Source: Tortispora ganteri (Eukaryota). Taken from it: a stretch of 64,000 nt of DNA. A model generated the notes under the pieces. It made no database searches. It was not told the origin of the DNA and worked only from the letters and a program-made list of their open reading frames with translations. The first letter of the stretch is position 1. Each line of letters begins with the position of its first letter. This document shows, in pieces, positions 10,420 through 21,340 of this stretch. A program made the position numbers and the translations under genes. The stretch covers positions 62,001 through 126,000 of the forward strand of contig PPNB01000019.1 in NCBI GenBank assembly GCA_003707115.1. The letters are read 5' to 3'.

Positions 10420-12519
10420 ATGTCGCATAACAAACCCCTGTATTCTTTTTTCAATAAGGAAAAACCTAAAAACAAATCTTTGATTGTAGTTCTAAATATT
10501 CCGAAACCCAAGACGTGCAATGAGCCTGTCATTATTTGCAAAGAGCAGCCTGAGCCTGCAAAAAAGGTGCGCAAGAACTTGTTCGACAAGATGTGCCCTA
10601 AATCGAAGCCAACTTCTTACACCATTCAAGATCACGATCATGGGTTGCCTACTCCACCAGATAATTACGATCCAGAAGAGAGACTAGAAACAGCTAAATC
10701 TGTTAACTCTTTCTTTTCGAGATCCTTGTCACTCAGACAGGAAACAAACATCAACAGAAGCGCGCCAATGGTCCGATCAAAGTCATTTCAGCCTACACTT
10801 AATTTCACAGATGAAACAGTATCATTACCGAAGTTTACTACTTCCGTAAATTGTGCTTCTCCCCTTTATCCGAAACTTTCTATTCCTAGAAGATCACAGA
10901 CTAAGGATAAATCTCAAGATCAACCTATCACATCTTTTCCACTTTCGAATGGTACTCAATCATGCATATCGCCATGCAAACGCCTAATTGTTTCACCTGT
11001 CGTCCTCAAAGAATTGGCAGAGAAAACTGTCAATATTAATTTTACTTTTACTCATCCTTTATACAACTCTCTTGGTGACAAGTCTTCATTTGACAGCTGC
11101 GATCACGAGTATCGACTGTGGACGTCAAAATACGCTCCAACAGCGCACACACAGGTTCTCTGTGGTAACAATGGCGTGTTTCTACTTTATGACTGGATGG
11201 TACGTCTTGGTAAAGCGCGTTCCAATAATGCTAAAACACTAAGTATACGAGAACATCTCAAGGCTAAGAAAGATGCTATTCGCAAGGCTAAAAACGACCT
11301 AGATAATTTTATAGTGCCTGATGACTACACTGACGATTCTGACTCTACTCTGCATGATACTGAAGGCAGTTCTCCGGGTTTGAGAACTAACTTTATAGCT
11401 ATTTATGGACCTACAGGCAGTGCAAAAAGCACAGCGGTTTACGCGATATCTAAAGAAATGGACTATTTCGTTTTTGAACTTGACCCAAGTTGTTCGAGAT
11501 CGTTTGCTGAAATGAATACAGAGATCGGTGATGTGCTACAGAATAACTTGGCTCATAATATGAAGGGAGTAAACTATACTCAAAAGAGTGCCTTGATATA
11601 TATACCTAATGCTGATGTGTTATTTGAGTCTGAAGCGTCATTTTGGACAGGATTTGAGCATTTTGTTTCCTTGTCAAAATGGCCTATTATATTATCATTC
11701 AACGACCCTTGTCTTATTCCAAAATTCATTTTAGTTGACATGCCCGAATGCACAGTGTCTTTTGAACGACCTGATATCACCAGCCTTTCTTCTCTTATAT
11801 GGCTTATCGCACTAAAAGAAGGATTTATTTTTGATATCGAAGCTATAAAGGCGATATGTGAGCAACATCAGTGCGACCTTAAGAAATCTTTGACTAATGT
11901 TCAATATATTTCTCAAATGGGGTATGGAAACAAAGGCGGGTCAAACAGTTTTATAGTCCCTCCTTCAGTTCTTGGAACAAAAAGAGTTATATCTGATTTT
12001 AGAAATGACAGCATTCCAAGTACATCTCAAAATGAGAAGGCATATATCCCATTAACTATGCAAACGTTGCTAGCGTCTGACCTGGATATTTTAGATGCTT
12101 GTGAGGCGAAACTTACTGCATCTTTGCCTCTGAATGAAGCAGCTCAGCCATTATCCACTTGGACTAAAGTTCCTGAGCTACTACAGGAGAGTACTTTGAG
12201 TTTTTATGATACCACTGCATCACAAATGATCCAAAACATAGCCGAGACGTACAGTCACTTCGGACCGATACTAAAAGCTCCAAAGATAGCGTTGCGTGAT
12301 CTTCGTTATAATGAATACTTGAGGAGCGATAAAATATACCCAGAAAATAGCAAATTTTTCTTCTTCAATGCAACACCACAGGCATTAACAGCCGATTACC
12401 TACCTATGTTTCGCTTTCAGTTAGCACATAAGTTGAATTACTTTGTTCCGCGTAATGTGCGCAGATCTAAAAGAGTATCTACAACCATTATATCTTCTGA
12501 TAGTGATGATGCTGAATAA
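10420..12519 (+). CDS. ELG1: Alternative RFC large subunit Elg1/ATAD5-like (PCNA unloader)
   Basis: RFC box 'LWTSKYAP', P-loop 'GPTGSAKSTAVYAISKEMDYFVFEL', 'SKWPIIL', 'CDLKKSL'. Confidence 0.8.
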   Translation: MSHNKPLYSFFNKEKPKNKSLIVVLNIPKPKTCNEPVIICKEQPEPAKKVRKNLFDKMCPKSKPTSYTIQDHDHGLPTPPDNYDPEERLETAKSVNSFFSRSLSLRQETNINRSAPMVRSKSFQPTLNFTDETVSLPKFTTSVNCASPLYPKLSIPRRSQTKDKSQDQPITSFPLSNGTQSCISPCKRLIVSPVVLKELAEKTVNINFTFTHPLYNSLGDKSSFDSCDHEYRLWTSKYAPTAHTQVLCGNNGVFLLYDWMVRLGKARSNNAKTLSIREHLKAKKDAIRKAKNDLDNFIVPDDYTDDSDSTLHDTEGSSPGLRTNFIAIYGPTGSAKSTAVYAISKEMDYFVFELDPSCSRSFAEMNTEIGDVLQNNLAHNMKGVNYTQKSALIYIPNADVLFESEASFWTGFEHFVSLSKWPIILSFNDPCLIPKFILVDMPECTVSFERPDITSLSSLIWLIALKEGFIFDIEAIKAICEQHQCDLKKSLTNVQYISQMGYGNKGGSNSFIVPPSVLGTKRVISDFRNDSIPSTSQNEKAYIPLTMQTLLASDLDILDACEAKLTASLPLNEAAQPLSTWTKVPELLQESTLSFYDTTASQMIQNIAETYSHFGPILKAPKIALRDLRYNEYLRSDKIYPENSKFFFFNATPQALTADYLPMFRFQLAHKLNYFVPRNVRRSKRVSTTIISSDSDDAE

Positions 12520-14637
12520 TTATGCAATAGGGAGGGGAGAACGACATGTTGGACATTGCAATCGACGTTTCATCCAATTTTCAAGACATGCACTATGAAA
12601 AGCGTGTTTGCATGGCGTTATTGCATAGTCTCTTTTGTTTATTAAAGTTGGCAAACTTGTATTACCTGGTTCTATCAGAGGTATTTCCAAAGCTTGCATG
12701 CAAATGACACAGTCTAACTTCAATTTGTCGTTTGCGACCACACTGTCGGGAATCTGACATAACAATCCAGTCTCGATATCTGTGGTATGTAAAATAGGAT
12801 GATAGTCATAAGGATTTGAGAATTTTTTAGACTTTAATCCAAATCGAGGTTCAAAAAAATCTTGGAAGGCAAGTACAGCGACCTGTAGCCATACGTAACA
12901 CGCCAACACCATGACTGTTTTTGGAAAATAATCAAAGACCATTTCGTTCTGAGGTAACAGCCAAAGGTAACAGAGCGGAACTAGTTTTATGCAGCTCATA
13001 CCAATAATAAAATCCCATCTGAATGACCGGCGGTATCCTCTTATGAGATTGCGATAGATCTGGGGCACCCAAAATGATGTGCCCATTGTCCATACAGCAG
13101 AGAGTGAAAGCCATCTAAAGGTACTCGGCCATAGAAAAGACATCACACAAAAAAGAAGGAGAATCATAATAGCATAGTCAAACCAGCTATATATAGTTCT
13201 TATATCCACACGCGTTGCATCTGATTCTTGTGGACGAGTCTGCGAGGCTGTAGGAAATGCATCCGGATCGGCGTCACGGAGGTCAGTGATGGAAGAGACA
13301 GAGGCGAGAAACTCAGACGCCTGCGCCCGATATATGTATGCGGCATATCTAAGACCTGTAAGCCAAACTGCAACAAATGAGAGAAAGCCAGCTGATATTA
13401 GAACAAGATATGTGGGCGTTTCCGCCATTGCCAAGACGATGAATAACAAAGCTATGACACCGTCCGAAAGGGACAGGCTGCACATTGACCAAAAGCTTAA
13501 CCTAGTGAGAGATGAAGGGGTGTTGGCAGATGATATTTGTTTGAAAAGCAAAAAAATTTCACAGAGTACGCAAAAACAATAACACGCTGTGTGGAAAGAA
13601 GTGATAGCCCAGTGTACTTGTAGAAGTTCACCAGTGTTCTCTCTAGAATAAATCTTGTAGCCGCAGTTCGGAGAGTACAGTGAAAATGATAGCTCAACGT
13701 TTGGCGTAGGAGGGTGAGGGCGTCCAAGAGGTGTCAGGAGCTCAGCTTCAATAGATCCTAATGAAGACTGTGATAGCGGTAAGGACCAAAAATGCAAGGC
13801 AGCCATGACTTCGCAGGGAAGGTTGTAGAGGGTACGTATCGCTTCATCGAATATGACAGAAGGAGAGTATGTACCGTTCTTTATGCGGTTCGTAGTGTTG
13901 GTATAGGACTCTAAGATGAGTGCTTTAGATATATTAAATAGTTCTTCGCTGGGGTCATGTATTTTGAGGAGGTGAGGGATCATTAAGAAGCCCGAGAACT
14001 GTGAAGATGCAGTTGTAAGGAGCGCATTTCCATCATTCAAATAAATGCCTTCCAGTTGGAATACCACTACAAGGTCCCAGTTGTAAGTGTAGAACGACAG
14101 TTCGACCGTGAGCACTGCAGGGCCTGTTGTGGAGGGCGTTGATTTGATGTCGGCATATATGTTTCCTTCTGAAATGGTTATATTTCGTTCGCGACGAGAT
14201 GTCTTTGCCCGCATGTGAGCTGCTCGTTCTAGACTTTCAGGCGAAGGAAGGAACGTGGAGTTTAAGCCAGTTGAAGATGCATTTTGAGGGAAGTAAAGCT
14301 GCAATTGTGGCAGAGAACGATCTTCTAGCAGCCATTTACCTCTATATAGGCCAGTAACGTCCCGAAAAAAGGTATTGCTAGTTTTAGCGCTACGTTCTTC
14401 TATATTCCATACATCATTAAAAGAAGACTGGACAGATTCTGGTATTTGCTTGAGTATATTACCTGCGAGAAGACAATCTGGGGGTGATTCGGAAGAGGAG
14501 GTATTAAGACAGTCATACAGGGTTTGACGCTCTGCTAGCAGATCTGATAATCTAGAGTCCTCTCCCTGAGGAATGTAGGTCTGTAATAGCAGAAAAGCAG
14601 CAAAGAACCCAGCAAATACGAATCTACCAAGATCCAT
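12520..14637 (-). CDS. TUL1: Golgi transmembrane RING E3 ligase Tul1/Dsc1
   Basis: Luminal domain, multiple TMs, 'SFWVPQIYRN', 'YDYHPIL', C-terminal RING-H2 'CVICM...TPCKHAFHSACLENWMKRRLQCPTCRSPLP'. Confidence 0.92.
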   Translation of the reverse strand: MDLGRFVFAGFFAAFLLLQTYIPQGEDSRLSDLLAERQTLYDCLNTSSSESPPDCLLAGNILKQIPESVQSSFNDVWNIEERSAKTSNTFFRDVTGLYRGKWLLEDRSLPQLQLYFPQNASSTGLNSTFLPSPESLERAAHMRAKTSRRERNITISEGNIYADIKSTPSTTGPAVLTVELSFYTYNWDLVVVFQLEGIYLNDGNALLTTASSQFSGFLMIPHLLKIHDPSEELFNISKALILESYTNTTNRIKNGTYSPSVIFDEAIRTLYNLPCEVMAALHFWSLPLSQSSLGSIEAELLTPLGRPHPPTPNVELSFSLYSPNCGYKIYSRENTGELLQVHWAITSFHTACYCFCVLCEIFLLFKQISSANTPSSLTRLSFWSMCSLSLSDGVIALLFIVLAMAETPTYLVLISAGFLSFVAVWLTGLRYAAYIYRAQASEFLASVSSITDLRDADPDAFPTASQTRPQESDATRVDIRTIYSWFDYAIMILLLFCVMSFLWPSTFRWLSLSAVWTMGTSFWVPQIYRNLIRGYRRSFRWDFIIGMSCIKLVPLCYLWLLPQNEMVFDYFPKTVMVLACYVWLQVAVLAFQDFFEPRFGLKSKKFSNPYDYHPILHTTDIETGLLCQIPDSVVANDKLKLDCVICMQALEIPLIEPGNTSLPTLINKRDYAITPCKHAFHSACLENWMKRRLQCPTCRSPLPIA

Positions 14638-14735
14638 AACGGTTGGTGGTGGGTGAATAAATAAAGTTAGTCAATAAGTAGACCAATATAAATAGCTAAT
14701 ACCAACAGTCAGGTGTGATTAGTTGCGAACCCACT

Positions 14736-17099
14736 ATGTGGAGAGCATTTATACGAAAATCAAAACCGAAAACAAAATCGTTAGAGGTTGAAACTGAATC
14801 AAATAGAATATCTGCAGTTATTTCTGCTTCGAAACATATTCTGTCCTCGGATCCTTGTACCTGGGAACAACCGCTTAAAGTGCTCAGTCAAGTACTCATA
14901 GCCGAGAGTACAAGGTCAACAAGCCATGCTTGTCTTCAATATATTGCCCAGAGAGGTATTATAAATAAACTATCACTTTGTATAGAAAATAGGAACTGTT
15001 TGAACTACGCAATTGAGCTGCTAAGGTCTTTCGCTAACTTCTCAAACACAGAACTCTCCAATCCCGATATAGCCAATGCAATAAACTACCTAATCGTTCA
15101 GTCTTCATCCTATGCGCTTGCAACTGCTACAATATCTTCTACTTTTGTTGCAATGTTATTTGCTATATGCTCGAAAATTAGACAGCAGCCAGCCATTCTA
15201 GATCTCTGGCTTCTAGACTCTGATTTATCAGATACTAACTCCTTGTCCACTGTCGACTTCCCCATATTCCGCATACTAGTCAACTACGTATACCATGACG
15301 GTGACGTTGGAGATTACGCTCGCACTGGAATTTTGTACCTGATAGAAATTTGTTCCCAGTCGCCGAAACTCGTTGACTGGATCATAAACGGCGACTGCGG
15401 TACCCTCCTCGCTTCAGGCTTAGGTGCTCTATATTCGCAACTAAACCGTCAAGTAACCAAAGCTTTCAACGCAATTGATGATCCTATGATTGTGTCATTG
15501 GTTAAAAGTCGCAATTCTATTACTTCACCTCCTTCATCGAATAGTTCATCTTTCTCTACCCTTTCTAAGCACAAAGAGTTCTTTCAGATCTACCTTCTCT
15601 TCTGGCAGGATATGCTATACCATTGCTACGAACCTACAGTCTATCGCTCTCTCTTGTCTCATTATTACTCTCTTTTTCTATGCCAACTTTTATATCCTTC
15701 TCTAATAGAAAGCTCTGATGTTGATGGCTCTCAAAGCTCTTTAATCGCCGTCCTGACTTACATTCGCTCAATTCTGGACACTTTCGAGCTAAACGACCTC
15801 TCTCATCTGTCTCTGTCATACATGATGAATATTTCGCATGAGTCTTTTCGTCTGCCGAAATTCACTTCTCAGGAACCGCTGTCTCCTGATTTATGCGCGC
15901 TCTCAGATATCATTTTCACGAGCCTCAAATCCCCCTCTGATCAAACCAAAGCTGCTGGCCTGCGACTCATTCAAGTAATACTCTACAAATACTATCCTTA
16001 TGCTGTCAACTCTCTTTTTCATGTTTCTTATATTGCGAAAGCTGATGCAGTTCGATATTCAGACTATCTTCAACTTCTGAAGCTGCTATCAGCACCTGCT
16101 GTCTCTTCCAACTCTCCTCGAATCACAGACTCTCAGTCTTACGACTGCTATTTAGATGACGCATATGCTAGGATACAGGCACAACAGTGTACTCCGCGAC
16201 CGGCATTCAATTTCTATTTGTTAAGTAACCCAAAATTCTCCATACGTCAAAATTCTCTCTGCACTCCTCCAAGATGCTATTATGGCCGTATTAAGCCCAA
16301 TGACTTCCTTATCGAGAACCTCTCTTCAATGCTATCTACATTTTTCACTAACTCTGTGGAAATCAATTTAACACTAACAGAAGTTATTTCTGAACTGGCA
16401 TGCTGTTCTTATTTGTCATTGGTGGGCTGGCTTATGCCCTCTGTGGAACAAGTGACAGACCCGGTACCTGAGAAAACATCTGATTCACAAACAAACGATA
16501 TGGACAATAGCTCTGGAGACGAAAATTTTGATTCGAAAGACTATGAAATGCCGCATAGTGGAAGATCGACATGTGGTCTAATATACTCTACCCTGCAAAT
16601 CCTCCACTCGACATACCAAGCTCTTCCTTCGAGAATTCCCGATTTTGCTGAAGCGTACACTCGCTGCTCCAGTGAACTTCAAATGGGCGATAATCTCAAT
16701 GACGCTTTGAACGATGTGGCATTTTTGTCCAAAAAATCCAGAACTGTTCGAAAGCAAAGATCATCCGACTCTATCAGGAATACTTCCTCTCGTTCCTCGA
16801 ACAGCAAGTTCCATCCACTTTCTGTTCTGAAACGAACTTCGGAGTCTATCAAAATCAATTACTCTAATCTAAATTTCAGTGAAATGTCCAAATCACCAGA
16901 GACTCTGCTGTCGCCGATTCTTCTTCGTGAAATACCTCTTGATGAATCGATTGTCAGATCTCAATCATCTGATACCAATTCTAGTACGGCGAGTGTCGTT
17001 CACCTGATTGTCAATGTTCTTTTATACGAAGAGTTTCTAAAAGAATTATGTGCTATTGTTCAAGCAAGAGCTACTCTAGTTGATTCTATTATATACTAA
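14736..17099 (+). CDS. FHIP/FAM160 (retinoic acid induced 16-like) protein of the FTS-Hook-FHIP complex
   Basis: 'FPIF..LVNYVYHDG.VGDYARTGILYLIE', 'LASGLGALYSQL', 'FFTNSVEINL.LTEVISELA', 'NVLLYEEFLKEL.A'. First ATG is 14736 (track start is GTG). Confidence 0.82.
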   Translation: MWRAFIRKSKPKTKSLEVETESNRISAVISASKHILSSDPCTWEQPLKVLSQVLIAESTRSTSHACLQYIAQRGIINKLSLCIENRNCLNYAIELLRSFANFSNTELSNPDIANAINYLIVQSSSYALATATISSTFVAMLFAICSKIRQQPAILDLWLLDSDLSDTNSLSTVDFPIFRILVNYVYHDGDVGDYARTGILYLIEICSQSPKLVDWIINGDCGTLLASGLGALYSQLNRQVTKAFNAIDDPMIVSLVKSRNSITSPPSSNSSSFSTLSKHKEFFQIYLLFWQDMLYHCYEPTVYRSLLSHYYSLFLCQLLYPSLIESSDVDGSQSSLIAVLTYIRSILDTFELNDLSHLSLSYMMNISHESFRLPKFTSQEPLSPDLCALSDIIFTSLKSPSDQTKAAGLRLIQVILYKYYPYAVNSLFHVSYIAKADAVRYSDYLQLLKLLSAPAVSSNSPRITDSQSYDCYLDDAYARIQAQQCTPRPAFNFYLLSNPKFSIRQNSLCTPPRCYYGRIKPNDFLIENLSSMLSTFFTNSVEINLTLTEVISELACCSYLSLVGWLMPSVEQVTDPVPEKTSDSQTNDMDNSSGDENFDSKDYEMPHSGRSTCGLIYSTLQILHSTYQALPSRIPDFAEAYTRCSSELQMGDNLNDALNDVAFLSKKSRTVRKQRSSDSIRNTSSRSSNSKFHPLSVLKRTSESIKINYSNLNFSEMSKSPETLLSPILLREIPLDESIVRSQSSDTNSSTASVVHLIVNVLLYEEFLKELCAIVQARATLVDSIIY

Positions 17100-17255
17100 T
17101 CACCTACATCCAAAACTTTTGACATTCTTTGAAAATCATTAACATGTACTAGTATATCATAATCATCTGTATCTATTACATCCGTAATAGATAACCATGT
17201 GGCAAGAAAAACAGCATAAAAAATAAAAAATAAAAAAGCACTAAAACCAAAATCA

Positions 17256-20200
17256 TCAAGTATTGGGCGATATTTGAGCACGCAAAGCATCAGCCATCAC
17301 AGGTGTGAATGGCCAAATGACAACATTGTCTAGAATAGATGCTGTAGTTCTAAGACACCATTCAGACATACGTACCACCTTATTCGGAACTCCGTTGGCT
17401 TCGTCTTTAGAAAACTGCATATCCCTGTCAGATACAGAAAGTTTTCTGTCAAAGCCGCCCTTGTCATTTTCGTGGCTCATAATTTGCTGCAAATCGATAC
17501 CAAATGCCGAATCCTCTTCTGGAGATTTGGACAAATTGAGTTTATTTATGGCATCAGCAGCTAAAATTCCAGAAATCGAAGCATGTCGTTCAATCCCTCC
17601 GGGAGAATTCCCTCTATTTCGGCTATTAGATCGCGCACTGGCAGCAGTTCCCACTGTAGATGGAGTAGATACTAGATTCGGCTCCTCCGACGAGACCGAG
17701 TTACTAGAGTTCACAGGATCTATAGGGAACAAAGAGTCTTTCATCGGGGTTTCAGAGCTTTGTTTGGCTCGAACTCGCATCATCTGCATCGCCAGATCAG
17801 AGTCACCACGACTCTTCTGATCAAATTCAATGCGCCTTAGAATTTCTCTGACTCGTAAACATAGTCTACGTTCATCTTCGCTGAGAATTAAAACACTTTG
17901 GTAATTGTCAACAGTGTCGATATTCTCACTTCCAAGTCTCTTTTCAATTCGCAGCAGGTATTCTCCAAGAACAAGCCCGCAATCGAAGATGCAGATAATA
18001 GAGTGTAAGAAGGTGTGACGGGATGACACCTCCGACGTCCAACGTCCAAAGTGCTTTTCCCATAAAGATATTGCATCAGCTGCATATCCAGCTGCGATTC
18101 TTAATGAATTCGTATCCTCAATCTGAGACAAGGCATAGCTCATGCCTTTAAAGTCTCGTAACCAGAAACATTCTTTAACCTTTGCAAGATCAACATACAA
18201 GTGCACATGAGCTAAAGAAATTAATGGAATAGAGTCAGGCATTAGCGGGCCATAACGAGATGTAGGACTTAGACTCGCATAAGGAGACAGCGACCAAGCC
18301 GTTTCCCATGCTCGAAAAGAGTTCTCCATCTGTCTGACAACCATTTGCCACGTTCCGGAAAGATGTGTAAGTCTGAGGTCATAAATGTGCGTGTGCAAAG
18401 AATATATCAATGAAAGCAGTGTAAACGCTGATAAAGATTCACTTAATGCAGATACTGGGCTGTGTAAAATTGATTGCAGCACAGTCTTGTAATCACCACC
18501 TTGACAGATCTTCTGAAACATTGCATTCTGGTCTGTGTTTCCATTAAGATAATGAGCAGCAGCAGCGCCGCCTCCCATTCTATCTTGAATCAAAGACCAC
18601 CAAGCCTCCGCGGAAGGTGCCATCCACAGGTTCTCTTCACATGGGCAGCCGGAGCTGAGGTCTTCATTATGAATACCTGGAACAACATTGTAACCGGTAG
18701 CTAACATAGCACTAAAAACATGAACAGCATGAAATGTGCGAATTCGCGTTTGCACTTCTATAAAATAATTCCACTTCTCTTCAAGAGAAAGCGATGCATA
18801 GGTTATAGCACCCAAAACTTGAGCAGGGGATCTGTGTAATCCTGCCGAATAAGACAGAGAAACCACAGCTGATGTTTGTGCTGCAGCAATCTCTGATGTC
18901 ACGGGATCCCCACAGAAAAGTCCAAATACTACGCCTAGAATTAGGCACTGCACAAGCCAAACAGGTGTGATCTCCGCCTTACCTTGAGCACCTTGATTTC
19001 TCAGCCGGCGACCTTCCAAATAAACGTGAATAGAACGACGCGATGCTTCAAAGATACGACGTGCTTTGACCGGCTCAAACTCATAGAGTGCACCAATAGC
19101 CGACATAGCAAGTAGCAAGGGACTGTTTTCAAGAGTAAAGCTGAATGTCGAATGCAAAAATGGGAGATGCCTTCCAAAATCCCTAGTGTATGTGTGTATG
19201 TATTTTTGCAAATCAAGAGTGGATGGCAAACTCGGCAGAGTAGGACCTGTAAAAGGAGTGGGGGTGGATAGAGTGGTCATCAGATGCAGTCTCAGCTGTG
19301 GCGTAACTCTAGGGCAAGCAATGTTATCGATACCGGAACCATCAGCAGCTATTTGTCGATTAGGGTCCGCATTCAGAGTTGCATTTGTATGGCTCTCCAA
19401 GGAGGACATTATCGCTTTCTCAATATCGACATGATTCTGATAAAGAGATTGTGGATTCTGCGTATTATTGTCCTTTTGGTACAAGTTGTAATGATCCATG
19501 ACGTTTAGGTTAGGTTTGTCAGAACTGCCGCGATTATCACTTGTGGAAGAACTGGAATCATGCTTGCCCATAATAGAGCTCATCAGTAGTGTATTCGGAT
19601 TAAGCTCACTTGGACGTCTTCCCTGTGAATTGGCGGACAACCCAATATCATTAGTATCATTGTTTAGGTCATTGTTGGAGAAAGGCCATGAATCCTGCTG
19701 AAGATATTTGTCAACATTGGTAGCATCTATATCTGACATCCATAAAGAGGAGTTCGTAAAAGGTGCAGCAAAGGTTGACACTGCAAGTTTAGGGTCGTCC
19801 AGTTCAAAACGAGCATCATCAGTTTGTGATCCATTTGTGCCGCCATTCATTTGATTGTAGTTGTTGTTTGGGGATGTAGAATGCATGTCCGGTGTTTCCA
19901 TATCCATACCATGCGGAAAATTAGCCAAGTGCGGATTAATGGTTCCTGGAGAGACATTTGTCTCATGGTTACCACCAGCAATGCGTTGCATGTTCTGTTG
20001 GTGACCATTATTTTGGTTGTTAAGAGCAAACTTATTATCCGTATCCGTAGAGCTATACATCCAGGCAATGTCTGAGACGTGAGCATGGGGATTATCATCT
20101 GCTGTAATCATATGTTCATTACGCGTTCCAGTCGACTCGCCTCTGTTCTGATTATTCGCGTTAATGGATGCTCCAGTAGAGTAATGAGACAACACAGATA

Positions 20201-21059
20201 TCGAACGGCGAATCTGATCATCATTATGGCCGTATACAGAGGATGTGGGGTTTGAAGAAGGCGAAGATTCAAGCAAGGCAGGATTGATGAACATGTTAGA
20301 ATCAGGGTTCAGATGATCCATAGTATGATCTCGATAATCACCTTCCAGAAGAAAATCGGCATCAATATCTGGTAGGCTTCCGTCACTTATTAATGGCATT
20401 AACTGTGGCGTAGAAAATCCAATCTGTGAAGGGCCTGAAGGAGGGCCTTCCATATTATCAGCATATGCAGGTTGATCATTTGTAGCAGTGTATGAGTTAG
20501 CGTTCACAGCTGAGAAAGACGCAGCGCGCGATCTCGAAGTAGGAGGTTCTCGGTTCTTTTTGAAAAAGTCTCTCGCAAACTGAGTATCTGAAGAGAAGGC
20601 AGCGCTGATTGCTGGATCGTCTGAATGCGGGAAATGAAATCCATTCAAACCGTCCATGTGCATTGGGTGATGATAATCATTGTGGTAATTTAGGGCCTGG
20701 TTTAAAGGGGAAGCGCTCCGAGGATGACTACCGTTGGAGTTTGCATTGGAAGTGTCCGGAGGGGCCACCTTTGAAGTGGCTGCACTAACGCTGTTGCTTT
20801 TTCTGACTCCTCTAGTTCGAGGTATGGGGAAAGAAGCATGCAGTTTCTGTTGATGTCTCAATAGCAAGTCTCTCCGAGCAAAGCAACGCTCACATACGGG
20901 ACATTCAAAAGGTTTTTCTTTGGTGTGCGATCTCTCATGACGCTTCAAGTGCTCAAGACGTGCAAATGATCTTGTGCATGTAGTGCAGACATGAGGTTTT
21001 GGCTTGTCTGTCTTTGTAGCGTTCGATCGCTCCTGTTTCATAGCGGGATTTGAACTCAT
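17256..21059 (-). CDS. C2H2 zinc-finger transcription factor of the Adr1/Mxr1/AmdX family with a fungal TF middle domain
   Basis: '[53 protein letters not shown]'; Adr1-type regulatory motif 'RAASFSA'; 'HLPFLH' Fungal_trans domain. Confidence 0.9.
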   Translation of the reverse strand: MSSNPAMKQERSNATKTDKPKPHVCTTCTRSFARLEHLKRHERSHTKEKPFECPVCERCFARRDLLLRHQQKLHASFPIPRTRGVRKSNSVSAATSKVAPPDTSNANSNGSHPRSASPLNQALNYHNDYHHPMHMDGLNGFHFPHSDDPAISAAFSSDTQFARDFFKKNREPPTSRSRAASFSAVNANSYTATNDQPAYADNMEGPPSGPSQIGFSTPQLMPLISDGSLPDIDADFLLEGDYRDHTMDHLNPDSNMFINPALLESSPSSNPTSSVYGHNDDQIRRSISVLSHYSTGASINANNQNRGESTGTRNEHMITADDNPHAHVSDIAWMYSSTDTDNKFALNNQNNGHQQNMQRIAGGNHETNVSPGTINPHLANFPHGMDMETPDMHSTSPNNNYNQMNGGTNGSQTDDARFELDDPKLAVSTFAAPFTNSSLWMSDIDATNVDKYLQQDSWPFSNNDLNNDTNDIGLSANSQGRRPSELNPNTLLMSSIMGKHDSSSSTSDNRGSSDKPNLNVMDHYNLYQKDNNTQNPQSLYQNHVDIEKAIMSSLESHTNATLNADPNRQIAADGSGIDNIACPRVTPQLRLHLMTTLSTPTPFTGPTLPSLPSTLDLQKYIHTYTRDFGRHLPFLHSTFSFTLENSPLLLAMSAIGALYEFEPVKARRIFEASRRSIHVYLEGRRLRNQGAQGKAEITPVWLVQCLILGVVFGLFCGDPVTSEIAAAQTSAVVSLSYSAGLHRSPAQVLGAITYASLSLEEKWNYFIEVQTRIRTFHAVHVFSAMLATGYNVVPGIHNEDLSSGCPCEENLWMAPSAEAWWSLIQDRMGGGAAAAHYLNGNTDQNAMFQKICQGGDYKTVLQSILHSPVSALSESLSAFTLLSLIYSLHTHIYDLRLTHLSGTWQMVVRQMENSFRAWETAWSLSPYASLSPTSRYGPLMPDSIPLISLAHVHLYVDLAKVKECFWLRDFKGMSYALSQIEDTNSLRIAAGYAADAISLWEKHFGRWTSEVSSRHTFLHSIICIFDCGLVLGEYLLRIEKRLGSENIDTVDNYQSVLILSEDERRLCLRVREILRRIEFDQKSRGDSDLAMQMMRVRAKQSSETPMKDSLFPIDPVNSSNSVSSEEPNLVSTPSTVGTAASARSNSRNRGNSPGGIERHASISGILAADAINKLNLSKSPEEDSAFGIDLQQIMSHENDKGGFDRKLSVSDRDMQFSKDEANGVPNKVVRMSEWCLRTTASILDNVVIWPFTPVMADALRAQISPNT

Positions 21060-21128
21060 GACTATGATAAGATGGTCGCGAGCGTAGGCGAGTATAGACG
21101 AGTGACGCTTTTGTAGTAAAGAGTAGAG

Positions 21129-21170
21129 CTATATCAATAATCTAGCAGTGTATGTCAAACAAAAAGGCAT
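21129..21170 (-). other. Upstream ORF (MPFCLTYTARLLI*) in the leader of the Adr1/AmdX-like gene
   Basis: Only minus-strand ATG between 21060 and 22641; stop TAG at 21131-21129, in frame with the main ORF. Confidence 0.55.
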
Positions 21171-21340
21171 CAAACAAGTGTAACTGATTGGATGCCGAAG
21201 AAGTACTCTTTAAAAGGCACTAAGTCGAAAAAGAAGTGCTAGATCTGATGTGAAGCAAGAAGAAATTTGTATCAGAAATAAGGATTTCCAAAGTATTAAG
21301 CCCTGAATATGAAGAATATCGGCAGAGATATAAAGAGTGC

